Of a DNA stretch of 64,000 nucleotides, positions 11,805-20,945 are shown in pieces. A program made the translations under genes and the position numbers. The stretch comes from Macrostomum lignano (taxonomy: Eukaryota), in the NCBI GenBank assembly GCA_002269645.1, contig NIVC01001545.1, forward strand, positions 180,886-244,885. The letters run 5' to 3'. The notes below the pieces were generated by a model. That model did no database searches and was not told the DNA's origin. It was given only the letters and a program-made list of their open reading frames with translations. Within the stretch, counting starts at the first letter, position 1. Each line of letters opens with the position of its first letter.

Positions 11805-12516
11805 TGCTTTGCACATCTGTGTAACCTTGGCGTTGAAATTTATTGACTTTTACTTATGTACTCCATGAATTGTTTCTGTGGTTTAATTAATCTGAATGAT
11901 GATGATGATGATAATGATGGATGATGATGATAATGACAATGCTGGAACGAATAGAGCCAATTCAGTTAGTTACATATTTGTAGTCTCTAAGCAACTAACT
12001 GAGCGTAACATTTTCGAGTTGAGTTGTTCCAGATTTATTTCAATACGAACTTGTGAAAGCCATGTTGGAATAATTTGCGGCATATTGGTCTGGCTTTCCC
12101 CTTTTTTATTATCCTTGAATTTTTGCACAATTGAATGAACTGAGTTACTGTCCTTTTTTATCTTTGCTAGCTTTGCTACTCATATTTTTTGTAACCATTA
12201 TCCAATGATTATCTGAAAAATATTTGCTTCCTTTTTCATTTCTGCTAGTTCTTGTTCGTTTTTGTCTTAGCAGTGCATAATCTGAGTGATGGGTGTGCTT
12301 TTTTTCTTGAGTTGGTGTGGTCTGATTAAATTTTCTATACTCAAACTAATATTGCGATTTCAGTTTTGAAAATAAAGAAAAAGTCGATCGAAGTCTGATT
12401 TTCAGGTATATTGATTAAAATGCACGCATCTTAATACGTGGTATATGCATGCAAGATTATTATATTTTTGTTCAGCTGTCGTCTTTTTATTTAATTGTTG
12501 AAACATATGGTTATTA

Positions 12517-13080
12517 TTAGCACAGAAAACGGACAAGCAAGGAAAAGTCGGAAATTAGCATGCTCATTGTTTTTGCACCACTGAGAACAAATGAGCCATT
12601 GTGAAAAAGCAGGCATTTGCAGAAGCTTAGTTTGCAGATCAAAGCAGAAAATGATTCTGGCTCATATTGAGCACTTGGTAAAGTGTTTACAAGATTAGCG
12701 AGGGGAAGTGCTCTGCACAAGTCAATCTTCCCATGAGCAGTAATAGTTTTAATCCGCACATGCACAGCTTGATGAGGCAGCAGTTGAGCAGGCACTCTGC
12801 GATGCAGCATAGCCACGAAGCGACGAGCGGCCCTGACTGAGGCCGAGTAGCTCCGGGCGCCACAGATACTCAGTTGTCCAGTCGGATAGAGCAATAGAGT
12901 CACTCTGGGATTCCGCATCCTCTTGATAAGCACTCGGGGCCAGACGGGACGATAGATGACATGAGCCATGCTGAGAGCCAGTTCCCGCAGAGGCAATTGG
13001 GCACCCCTGCCTCCAGCAAGTCTCAGATCCACGCCGCCGACCAGATTGGTCACTCGCAGGGCTGTCGCAGGTGTACTCAT
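12517..13080 (-). CDS. TATA-box-binding protein (TBP)-like, core domain only, 187 aa, intronless
   Basis: Two-repeat TBP pattern: VTNLVGGVDL...LPLRELAL...IYRP..P.VLIKRMRNPRVTLLLYPTGQLSICGARS...AARRF, then YEPESFSALICKL...LLFHNGSFVLSGAK. AATAAA lies about 25 nt past the stop (plus-strand TTTATT 12486-12491). Confidence 0.9.
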   Translation of the reverse strand: MSTPATALRVTNLVGGVDLRLAGGRGAQLPLRELALSMAHVIYRPVWPRVLIKRMRNPRVTLLLYPTGQLSICGARSYSASVRAARRFVAMLHRRVPAQLLPHQAVHVRIKTITAHGKIDLCRALPLANLVNTLPSAQYEPESFSALICKLSFCKCLLFHNGSFVLSGAKTMSMLISDFSLLVRFLC

Positions 13081-13593
13081 TTAGAGAGTCCTTTCTGCCT
13101 GTGGTACTGTCTTTGCGAGCTTTTGAGTGGTGCGGGCACACCTCGCTTCTTAAGTTGATACAGAACTTCGGTTTCAGCCAGTTGTAGTACAGTAATACAT
13201 TTTTCACTGCGCAACCAGTATCAGATGCTTGAATCAAAGGTGATCCCAGATCCTCTAGGTTGTACACCTGTCTGCCAAGCAGCTCAGTCAGAAAGATGGA
13301 CTTTTCACCCCGCTTGTCCAGGTGGGACCGTAAGCAATGTTTAGAATGTCATTTGCCAAATGCATGTACGGTCGAGATCCATCTGTCCACTTGAAATGAT
13401 GCAAATTCTTTGAGAGCTTTCTGTAATGCACTTGCATCTCAGGTGAGATTCTCTCCCATGAGAACGGAGAGGCGTACACGTGATGAGTGATATGGTAACT
13501 GCCAGCCCGGACTTGGGCAATGGCCAGCTCCTTCACAACGAAATCTCTGCTCGATCTCTCGCGTGGGAAGCCTTGGAAGTCAATATAGTTCAT
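12749..13593 (-). CDS. Polinton-type DEDD-like 3'-5' exonuclease-fold protein (one frameshift near 13307; C-terminal limit uncertain)
   Basis: YIDFQGF..FVVKELA...H...W.DG..Y then, after a shift, GEK..FLTELLGRQVYNLEDLGSP...CAVKNV...WL. I recall this pattern from Polinton accessory genes. The repaired frame overlaps the TBP ORF. Confidence 0.65.
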
Positions 13594-13646
13594 GATCGGA
13601 TGGTTTCAAGACGCAAGATGTCGGGAAGCCGACTCAGTTCCCCTTC

Positions 13647-14327
13647 TTAAATAGTTTTTTTCCTGCTCAGCTGTAGCCAGGCTCTCCCACTCCCGAATCC
13701 CTTAACTGTATGATGTGCAGGGGTGGCCTCTGGAGAAACAGCCGGTTTAGAAATTAGCTGCCTTACTGACTTTCCTATAGCCGAAGCTGGGATGTTAAGC
13801 TTTTTGTCTTGAAGCAATGAGACAAACTCACTCCAGCCTACCGGCTCGTTGGCACATTTCGAATCCCTCACCGCACTGTGAAACAAATCCAGGATGTTTG
13901 AGGAGGGTATTGTCTTCCCAGAAATTTGCGCCTCGCCATTTTCGGACACCCGAATCAGAGAGGGATTGCCAGATAGGATGGCCCATAGACTGCGGGCTCT
14001 CGCTTTAAACTTCTGCGGCACGGATTGGGTGATCTTTTCCCCCCAGCTGCTTGGTGCAATATCTGTTTTCAGCATCTTTGCATCACTCGCAGGTACCGCA
14101 CCATCCTTTCCAGTCCGCTTGCGCTTGACCAGCAAACTCTTCATCGCATCATGGTACATGGCAGCTTTCACATCGTCTGGGCAATCCTCGGCAAGCAAAA
14201 TATCATTGCATTTCCTCTGCGCATATCTCACAGCAGTGTCCATTTCAGACTCGACTGGCTTCAAATTCTGTGTGAGCATGTCGTACTCTGACTTGGGGAT
14301 CAGAACCATTTCTGAGAACTTATTCAT
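13647..14327 (-). CDS. Polinton conserved hypothetical protein (226 aa)
   Basis: Intact ORF tightly packed in the gene block; EMVLIP...VPQKFKARARSLW...GE..I.G..IPSSNILDL resembles a recurrent Polinton family. Confidence 0.65.
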   Translation of the reverse strand: MNKFSEMVLIPKSEYDMLTQNLKPVESEMDTAVRYAQRKCNDILLAEDCPDDVKAAMYHDAMKSLLVKRKRTGKDGAVPASDAKMLKTDIAPSSWGEKITQSVPQKFKARARSLWAILSGNPSLIRVSENGEAQISGKTIPSSNILDLFHSAVRDSKCANEPVGWSEFVSLLQDKKLNIPASAIGKSVRQLISKPAVSPEATPAHHTVKGFGSGRAWLQLSRKKTI

Positions 14328-14631
14328 TTTGCTTCTTTTTCTTCACTAGCTTTATTAGAATGTAGAGAATTTTGATAAAACCCGTATTTAGCAGATCCGC
14401 AGTTCTTCTATGTGTAGAAATTTTGCGGATTATTTGCTTTTGCTTCACCAGCGCTGCCTTTTGAGTGAGTGAGAACGACAGAGTGTTTTGCAATAGGTTG
14501 TAGCAGGCCTCAATGAGAAATTCACGTACGGCTTTTGGACCCGCTCTGATCAACAGACGTTTAAAGCTGATGGAATATTTCGGTGACGCGAGAACATCAA
14601 ACAAACTTTCATGTGAGTCAAAGGTTTCCAT
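14320..14631 (-). CDS. Small basic Polinton protein (103 aa) with a C-terminal amphipathic basic helix
   Basis: ATG 14631 METFDSH...EACYNLLQN...QKAALVKQKQIIRKI...GFIKILYILIKLVKKKK; overlaps its neighbours by 14 and 8 nt. Confidence 0.65.
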   Translation of the reverse strand: METFDSHESLFDVLASPKYSISFKRLLIRAGPKAVREFLIEACYNLLQNTLSFSLTQKAALVKQKQIIRKISTHRRTADLLNTGFIKILYILIKLVKKKKQNE

Positions 14632-15337
14632 TATCATTAGTGTTGCAGAATATAGAACAAATGGCGAAATCTCGGCTGTTATTCTTAAGTGTAAACAGGT
14701 GGGGTCGCTGATTGGGCAGGATTCGAGCCCGGACGCGCAGCTCATCAGGGGTGGAAGGGTGAAAATCCAGGAGCAGGTAGGCTCCCCTGCCGTGCGATGT
14801 CACGTGCTTGAACACTGACAGCAGAAAGCCGGGCTTCTCAGCAAAGCACTGCCTGCCCAGCGCTGCAATCTGCAGCTGGTCTCTGGGGTTCTTCATGATC
14901 ACAAAGTACATCGCATTCAGACTCATTGTTCGCAACTCCTTCCCTTTAAAAAATACATTTTGGGTGAGCATAACCAGAAAGCAGGGCAAATGATGGGCAA
15001 TTCCAGTGAAAACATTTCGCATTGCAGCAGAATTGGAAGTTTCTTCAATCAGGTCATCAAATACAACCAGGTCATTGGGTCTCAGTGCGGTCTCGATACT
15101 GCTGGGAAATCCCTGCTGCAGGTGCACGCCGAGACTGCTGAGCTCAGAGTGTGCTGCTTGTGAAATCCCGTAGTACCACAGAACTCTCCCAGGCTTCACA
15201 TCAAACAGGACATCCTTGTATTGTATCAGATGTTTCACGAAGGTTGTCTTTCCTGCATTTGTAGGCCCGCTGACAATCATGCAGCTTCCCTGTCGCAGGC
15301 GCACATCATAACAGTTTATCCGCTCACGTGTTTCCAT
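14618..15337 (-). CDS. A32/FtsK-like genome packaging ATPase
   Basis: Walker A GPTNAGKT, Walker B LVVFDD, plus HH...LTQN..F...RT.SLNA.YF..KNPRD. Confidence 0.95.
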   Translation of the reverse strand: METRERINCYDVRLRQGSCMIVSGPTNAGKTTFVKHLIQYKDVLFDVKPGRVLWYYGISQAAHSELSSLGVHLQQGFPSSIETALRPNDLVVFDDLIEETSNSAAMRNVFTGIAHHLPCFLVMLTQNVFFKGKELRTMSLNAMYFVIMKNPRDQLQIAALGRQCFAEKPGFLLSVFKHVTSHGRGAYLLLDFHPSTPDELRVRARILPNQRPHLFTLKNNSRDFAICSIFCNTNDNGNL

Positions 15338-15362
15338 TGCCTGTTGAGCTAAATCTTGATTT

Positions 15363-15887
15363 TTAAAATCTAATTAAATTTCTTTTTCTTAAGCAACTCT
15401 CAAACCTTTGCAGAATTCTTTCATTCAAGTGGCTCTGCTGATTTGCATGGAGGTGCCGCAGAACCCACTCAAACGAGCGCTTGAAACGAAACTTTTGATA
15501 GGCAAACAAGAGACAGAACAAACCGCATTTAGCAGAGTCACAGCTCTGAATTCGATTCACATTGCTACGTAAGTAGAATGGAGAATACCAAAAGGATTTC
15601 AGTGCTCTGTGAATGATCTCTAAAGTGCTGGAGTCCCAGCCCAGAGAGTTAAAGAGTTCTATGGAATTCTCCTTATCAGCATAACAAACCACCCAGTGAC
15701 CGAAGGATGAGCTGTACTGAAGCAGAAAGAAAATAAACTTACATCGAGATAAATTTCTTTTGAGAGTTGCTCGCTGAATAAAGTTTAAAGCATAAGATGT
15801 TTTATTTATTGAATTCAAGACAATAATTAAACAGTTATTTTGTGGCAAAAAGCTTTTAGCCAGTTTAAGCAGTTGAAAAGCATCCAT
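15363..15887 (-). CDS. Adenain-like cysteine (maturation) protease
   Basis: GHW...ELFNSLG...IQSCDSAKCGLFC, parallel to adenain HW/FEPFG/Q...CGLFC. Confidence 0.9.
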   Translation of the reverse strand: MDAFQLLKLAKSFLPQNNCLIIVLNSINKTSYALNFIQRATLKRNLSRCKFIFFLLQYSSSFGHWVVCYADKENSIELFNSLGWDSSTLEIIHRALKSFWYSPFYLRSNVNRIQSCDSAKCGLFCLLFAYQKFRFKRSFEWVLRHLHANQQSHLNERILQRFESCLRKRNLIRF

Positions 15888-15910
15888 ATTAGCGTTGCGC
15901 CAGCGTACTC

Positions 15911-17192
15911 CTAGGATGGAAAATCTAGCAGAATCTCCCTGTGCTTGGTGACCTCAATCAGTGAGTCATACAGGCACATAACAATCAGAGATACAGGCTC
16001 CTCCAGGGCCTGTCGGAAGCGAATCTCCAGCCGCAAATTGCCCTCCTTCTGTCCGTACCACAGGGCCGCTCCCTCAGGCGTGAGATCGAATGCGAAAGCT
16101 GTGTTGCCGTTGGAGAACAACTGGTAGGGGACCCACGGAACCGAGTTGGTAGGGCTGGCTGACTGACAGCTTTTCAGGTAGTGCAAGTACTCTCTCACGA
16201 ATGAATTATTCTCAGGTGCAAATGCAGCGTGGCACATGGCTTCACCACCTTTCTTTAGTGCTAGCTGGCTGAGGTTGAAGCTCTGGAACTCGAAGGGGCT
16301 GGAATGGTGATGGCCATTGAAGGCTCGGTGGTTCACGAAGACCAGCATAACGAACTTCGGCAGTTTGCCATGGGTGAATCCTTCAATGTTTTTTGACTGA
16401 ATTCCCTGGGTAGAATAAAGTTTTGCATTTCGGTTCGCTCGATGGGGTAAAGTGCGTTCTGATTGGTAGTCCCTGTTCATGCGCCAGGCTGATGTGAGGC
16501 GCCACTTTGACTCGGCGCAGGTTCAGAATGCAGTGGGAGATTTCCATTCGGTAGGCTGTGTTGTTCTCATCTGGGGTTCGGATGGCGAATGCAGTATCGC
16601 TGGGCATCAGCTTGATGTGCAGGTGTAAATTGTTCAGCAGCAGAACAGGACACTGGAAAATGTCGCTGAGCAGTGGTCCCGCATACTCCACCCAGCGGGA
16701 CTCCCTGTGTCTCTCGGCATGCCCCTCAGCAGCAGTTTCGGGTTCCAGGAATCCGGCGGGGTAGAACTTTAACTGCTGAGCATCGGATGAGCTCATGAGA
16801 GCTTTTAGGTAGGCATGGTAGGGGTAGAGCTGGTCTCCACCTGATACAATGCGCTGGTTGATGCTCACGATTACATCTGAGAATGCCGTAGACAGGACAA
16901 AGTTTTCTGGGTGCACCCCACTGTCTCTGCGCTCAGTGACAACTCCATCGGCATTTCGAACCTCCTCCCTCATCAAAGCCCCGCCAAGCCGGACTAGGCG
17001 ACAGCGAATATACAGGAATGAGCTCAGCAGATCAGTGTACTCATCAGCCGATGGATGACAGTCGAATTCAATAGGTGAGTTAGTAGCAATAGAGTTCACG
17101 GGGTGAATATCAACATATGTGGATTTTTCAATGGCAGTCTGCAGCACGGGGGACTTGAACAAATCGAGTCTCGGGTTGAATCCGTAAGCCAT
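15911..17192 (-). CDS. Major capsid protein (double jelly-roll), two frameshifts at about 16410-16470
   Basis: LDLF..P.LQT.IE...V.I.P......PIEF...DEYTDL, YPYHAYL and HGKLPKF...AFNG..SPF.FQ..N. The bridge NQNALYPIERTEMQNFIL lies in the third frame. Confidence 0.92.
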
Positions 17193-17194
17193 TG

Positions 17195-17605
17195 CTATGA
17201 GAGCGAGTCCAGAACACGTTTCACAGTCTTTTTGCTCACTTTTTGCTTTCCTTTGCCTGTTTTCTTGCTTTGAGTTTTAGACCTCCCTTTCTTAGGTTTA
17301 TTTCGCCCTGACTGGCTTCTTTTCGGTGATTTCTCCGTCTTACTCTTTTTCTTCTTTTTTGTCTGCTTCTTACTGCCCTGTTTGACTAGTCGCTGCTTTG
17401 GTCTGTTTCTATTGCTTCTGCTGTTGCTGCTGCTACCGCTGGCGGTGGTATGCCCTGGCTTTGATAGCGATATTGACTTTGTGGAAGCTTCTGGAGGAGG
17501 CTGGTAAGTCATGATTCCTGGAAAACTCCCACAGCCATAGAGCGCCGGCTTTTGGCTTCCTGCCAGAGTCCCTGAATACTGACGAATCAGCTGTTGGTAG
17601 TTCAT
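17195..17605 (-). CDS. Lys/Arg-rich putative genome-condensing core protein (adenovirus pVII-like), 136 aa
   Basis: Very basic C-terminal half; lies between the capsid genes; LYGCG fits the adenain site (M/I/L)xGx|G. Confidence 0.6.
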   Translation of the reverse strand: MNYQQLIRQYSGTLAGSQKPALYGCGSFPGIMTYQPPPEASTKSISLSKPGHTTASGSSSNSRSNRNRPKQRLVKQGSKKQTKKKKKSKTEKSPKRSQSGRNKPKKGRSKTQSKKTGKGKQKVSKKTVKRVLDSLS

Positions 17606-18411
17606 TGTATTAGCCTTTCCCGAATATGAACTGTGAGCAGAACAGGGCTGCTGCTCCGAGCAGTCAGTGAGTAGCCAAAGATGTCACGCAGTTGAAATCT
17701 AATGCCATGTAGAAAATTAGCTTTCTGAATCGGGAAGAATATTGCTTTCTTAAACACTTTGCTCATGTAGCTGCCCCATTCGACATCGGATGACATGCTC
17801 ACAGTTCGCAGCACGGAGTTCCAGTTACAGTTTGTTCGCTCCACAATGCTGCAGTGCAAGTTGATCAGGTTGGTGGGCGGACAACCGATGCAGCAGAGTG
17901 ACACTTGCCGTCCGGGTGGGATCTTCACAGGCTGGTTTCCGAATCCCAGCCACTGCAGAATTTTACTTGATGGAAGGAACAATTCTGCTCGAGCCGTGTT
18001 GTTGAGCACTACCGTTCTCAACTCTTGGATTTCAAACTTTATGCCAATATCTCTAGCGCTGCTTCGCCCCATTAAACCGGACTCATCAGCTTCCATTTCA
18101 GACTCCCTTTCGCTCATTGCATCGAAGAACAGTGACTCAGAGTTGGCCAGCAGCTCATTCATGCGCTCAACCAGTTCCTCCACTCTAGCAAAGCGTCCGG
18201 GTTGAAGAACCAGGGCCTCATGCTCTCTTCCATCTGAGACAGTGAAGCAGTAAGGCTCGTCAACATTGAACCATGCAGCAGGCAGATGGATTTCAGCCAG
18301 ACCTGCCTCATAGTCCACATTTCGATCCAAGTAAATAGGTGAAGGCAGGTGAAAATGAAAGTCACTAGGAGTACCTTCAGCATTTTCGCTACAAATGATG
18401 ATGCTTCTCAT
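17602..18411 (-). CDS. Minor capsid (penton, single jelly-roll) protein
   Basis: F...LP.PI.L...YE.GL.EI..P..WFN at the N-terminus and INLHCSIVE...LRTV...F....F.PI....I..QLRD..G...V.L..H.R at the C-terminus. The first ATG is 18411. Confidence 0.88.
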   Translation of the reverse strand: MRSIIICSENAEGTPSDFHFHLPSPIYLDRNVDYEAGLAEIHLPAAWFNVDEPYCFTVSDGREHEALVLQPGRFARVEELVERMNELLANSESLFFDAMSERESEMEADESGLMGRSSARDIGIKFEIQELRTVVLNNTARAELFLPSSKILQWLGFGNQPVKIPPGRQVSLCCIGCPPTNLINLHCSIVERTNCNWNSVLRTVSMSSDVEWGSYMSKVFKKAIFFPIQKANFLHGIRFQLRDIFGYSLTARSSSPVLLTVHIRERLIQ

Positions 18412-18441
18412 AGTTGGGAATGGCTGCACAATGTCGGTATC

Positions 18442-19508
18442 TTACACTTTTCTTAAGTCCTTCTCATCCACCCAGTCAGTGGACTTGTAGCCGGCCCACT
18501 TGACGAGATATCGGATCTTTCCCTTCCGCTTCTCAGTCTTCAGAACCTTCTCGATTACATACAGCCGCTGCGAGTCCGGAACAGCTTGCAGCTCATGCTC
18601 GTGGAAGAGGCCTCTAATGTCTTCCCCCTTCATGTCTCGAATCCTGTACATGTAGGGATAATGCTTTGGTGCCCTAAACACTATGGTGTACACCTCCTCG
18701 CTCCAGTTCGCCTTGTATCCCTTCCTGAAGAGTCTGGGTGCATTGGAAATCCGCACTGATTGGTTTTCACAGAACTTCGGTTTTCTCAGTTTCTCAACTG
18801 TCTCAATCGCTTTCCCATCATAAAGGTTCATCCACACTTCAGTCTCGTTTGCTTTGCTGACATTCATTGGTGTAGTCTTGATGCTTCTGTGGAAAGTATT
18901 GTTATAGGACTTGACCAGTTTAGGCAGCACATCAAGCCATTGTAGAGTGCTGTTGTGAGTAAAGTAACGCCACATCTTGCTTTTTAAAGTTCGATTCCAT
19001 CTTTCAATTATGGCTGCTTTGTGCTCACTGCTAGTTGGAAACGCCAGAATCCCCCGGTCTATGCAGAACTGGCGAAAAATTGCGTTGACAAACTCCTTTC
19101 CCTGATCTGTGCGGACAGTGCGCGGCTGCCGCTTTGAGCTCTTCAGCATGCTCTCAAACGCAGATTTCACTTCTGCCGCGCTCTTAGACTTCAGTGCTCG
19201 GCCATTGCAAATTTAGACAAAACATCAATGCAGGTGAGAATGTATTTATGCCCGCGATTATACTTTGCAAACGGAATCATTTCCACCAGATCCATCTCCC
19301 ACTGATCATCAATGGCCCTCACTATTATTGGCGCCCTTGGAAATCGTACTCTAGCTGGCTTATGCAGAGTGTGTACTGGCTGCTGACTTAGCCACTGCTC
19401 AATGCTCTTGACTCCAATATGCTCGCCTCTTTTTCGCAGTTCATGTTGCAGTTTTGAAGAACTGCAATAGCTCGCAGGCTGATTTGGATTGAAATAAATT
19501 TTTTCCAT
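18442..19508 (-). CDS. Retroviral-like DDE integrase with C-terminal chromodomain (one frameshift near 19195)
   Basis: WEMDL...CIDVLSK, RTDQGKEF, IIERWNRTLK; chromodomain YVIEKVL...RYLVKWAGY...WV.E.DL. Adding one C restores AEPLKSK. Confidence 0.96.
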
Positions 19509-19675
19509 TTTCAGAAACAAAGAAACATTTTTTTTAGGTTTTCTTAAGACATTGAAAATGTATAGCGCATGTGAAAGCAAGCATATATTTTTTATTTTCA
19601 AACAAAGAGATGGAAAGCAGGTCTGGATAAAAAGCTCGTAGCACAGAGTTTGTCTCAATGTCAGAGGGTCTGCAA

Positions 19676-20443
19676 TCAGTCGAAGCACGGCCTGGGCAGC
19701 TTCATGGCGTCCAATCTGCGCAGAGCGAACGGCGGCTGCTTGCGTTTCCTGGCGTTCTCAGCGGCGGCTGCTTGAGCTCGGAACTGGTACCAGACTGGGT
19801 CCTCTTGCAGATCAGTGTCCTGCCGAGGAATCGCTCCAGCTGCTGGCTTGGTCAGTTGCAGAGGCGTTGAAGTGGCAAACGCTGTGTCGATTTGCAGATT
19901 GGATGGCATGCCAGCCACATCGCCAGCAGCAGCAGGAGCATCGTCCTCCGCCTTCACTACCGGCTTGGTCTCTTCCGCGTTTTCGCCAGCACCGTCTTCA
20001 TTTTCGATGCTGTTGGAGGAAGATCCCGACTCCAGCTCGTATACATCGGAAATCTCACGTGGAGCCGATAGCTGCTCGTCGATCCAATCCGCGTACTGCC
20101 ACAGCTTTCGCCACAGCGGCGGTGTCAGCGGCACGGTGTTCCGCTTAAGAAACTCGTCGCAGCAGTCCTCCGGCAATCGCTTTAACCAGATAATGCCGTT
20201 TTTCACTTCGATGAACTTATCGAAGCCGAGTTTGACAACCTTTGGCTGTTTGTCCAAGGCCGCCTTGACAAGCGATCGCTTCAACTCCTTGAGCTTCTCC
20301 CACTGACGGATGTTCAAATTGAAGCCGGGGACTCCAGGTTTCAAACTCGCAGTGCTGCCATGTCGGTAAAATTTTCTGATAGCAATGAACATAACTCCTT
20401 CATACTCCTGTATTTGGAGTTTATATCCTTCGCCGATGTCCAT
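19676..20443 (-). CDS. PC4/Sub1 (p15)-domain protein with two tandem PC4-like domains and an acidic tail
   Basis: IGEGYKLQIQEYEGVMFIAIRKFY....LKPGVPGFNLNIRQWEKLKE matches PC4 ([24 protein letters not shown]...KPGRKGISLNPEQWSQLKE). A second, degenerate copy reads LGFDKFIEV...VPLTPPLWRKL...WIDEQL. Confidence 0.85.
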   Translation of the reverse strand: MDIGEGYKLQIQEYEGVMFIAIRKFYRHGSTASLKPGVPGFNLNIRQWEKLKELKRSLVKAALDKQPKVVKLGFDKFIEVKNGIIWLKRLPEDCCDEFLKRNTVPLTPPLWRKLWQYADWIDEQLSAPREISDVYELESGSSSNSIENEDGAGENAEETKPVVKAEDDAPAAAGDVAGMPSNLQIDTAFATSTPLQLTKPAAGAIPRQDTDLQEDPVWYQFRAQAAAAENARKRKQPPFALRRLDAMKLPRPCFD

Positions 20444-20515
20444 GACTTAAAATCTAACAGAATAAACTATCTCGTCGAAAAAAATCGTTTTTTCATGAAT
20501 CAAAGAGATTTTTTG

Positions 20516-20525
20516 GTCCTTATAT
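20516..20525 (-). promoter_or_regulatory. Candidate TATA-type promoter motif ATATAAGGAC (right end)
   Basis: 82 bp upstream of the PC4-like ATG; within CTATATAAGGAC; identical to 5171-5180. Confidence 0.5.
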
Positions 20526-20590
20526 AGACTAAACCACTGCAGCAGACATACAGCAATAGAAAAACATAGGCCTATGTTCTCTCACTAAGG

Positions 20591-20725
20591 CCCCATGGAA
20601 TTTCCATGGCTTTCCCTGCGGCAGAGTCCACCAATGCATTTACATAGGCGCTATGTTTACACACTATAGCCCCGTGGTTTTCCCACGGAAATTCCTGCGG
20701 CAGAGTCCACATTTCCCCTACTACT
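20591..20725 (-). repeat. Right terminal inverted repeat of the Polinton
   Basis: Ends ...ATTTCCCCTACTACT; 132/135 identical to the left TIR. Confidence 0.95.
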
Positions 20726-20945
20726 ACTCTCCCTGCTCCCCATCAGCAATCTTCCTGCACCCCATCAGCAGTCTCCCTGCTTCCCATCAGCAATCTCCCT
20801 GCACCCCATCAGCAATCTCCCTGCACCCCATCAGCAGTCTCCCTGCTCCCCATCAGCAATCTCCCTGCACCCCATCAGCAGTCTCCCTGCTTCCCATGAG
20901 CAGTCTCCCTGCACCCCATGAGCAGTTTCCCTGCATCCCATCAGC
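20726..20945. repeat. 22-bp minisatellite interrupted by the Polinton
   Basis: Unit CTCCCTGC(T/A)CCCCATCAGCA(G/A)T, about 10 copies; one more copy lies left of the element at 4157-4181. Confidence 0.9.

Larger units (their letters stand above)
4182..20725. mobile_element. Full-length Polinton/Maverick (adintovirus-like endogenous DNA virus), 16,544 bp
   Basis: 135-bp TIRs starting AGTAGTAGGGG; 6-bp TSD AGTCTC (4176-4181) / ACTCTC (20726-20731, one mismatch); pPolB, integrase, ATPase, cysteine protease and two capsid genes all present. Confidence 0.97.
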
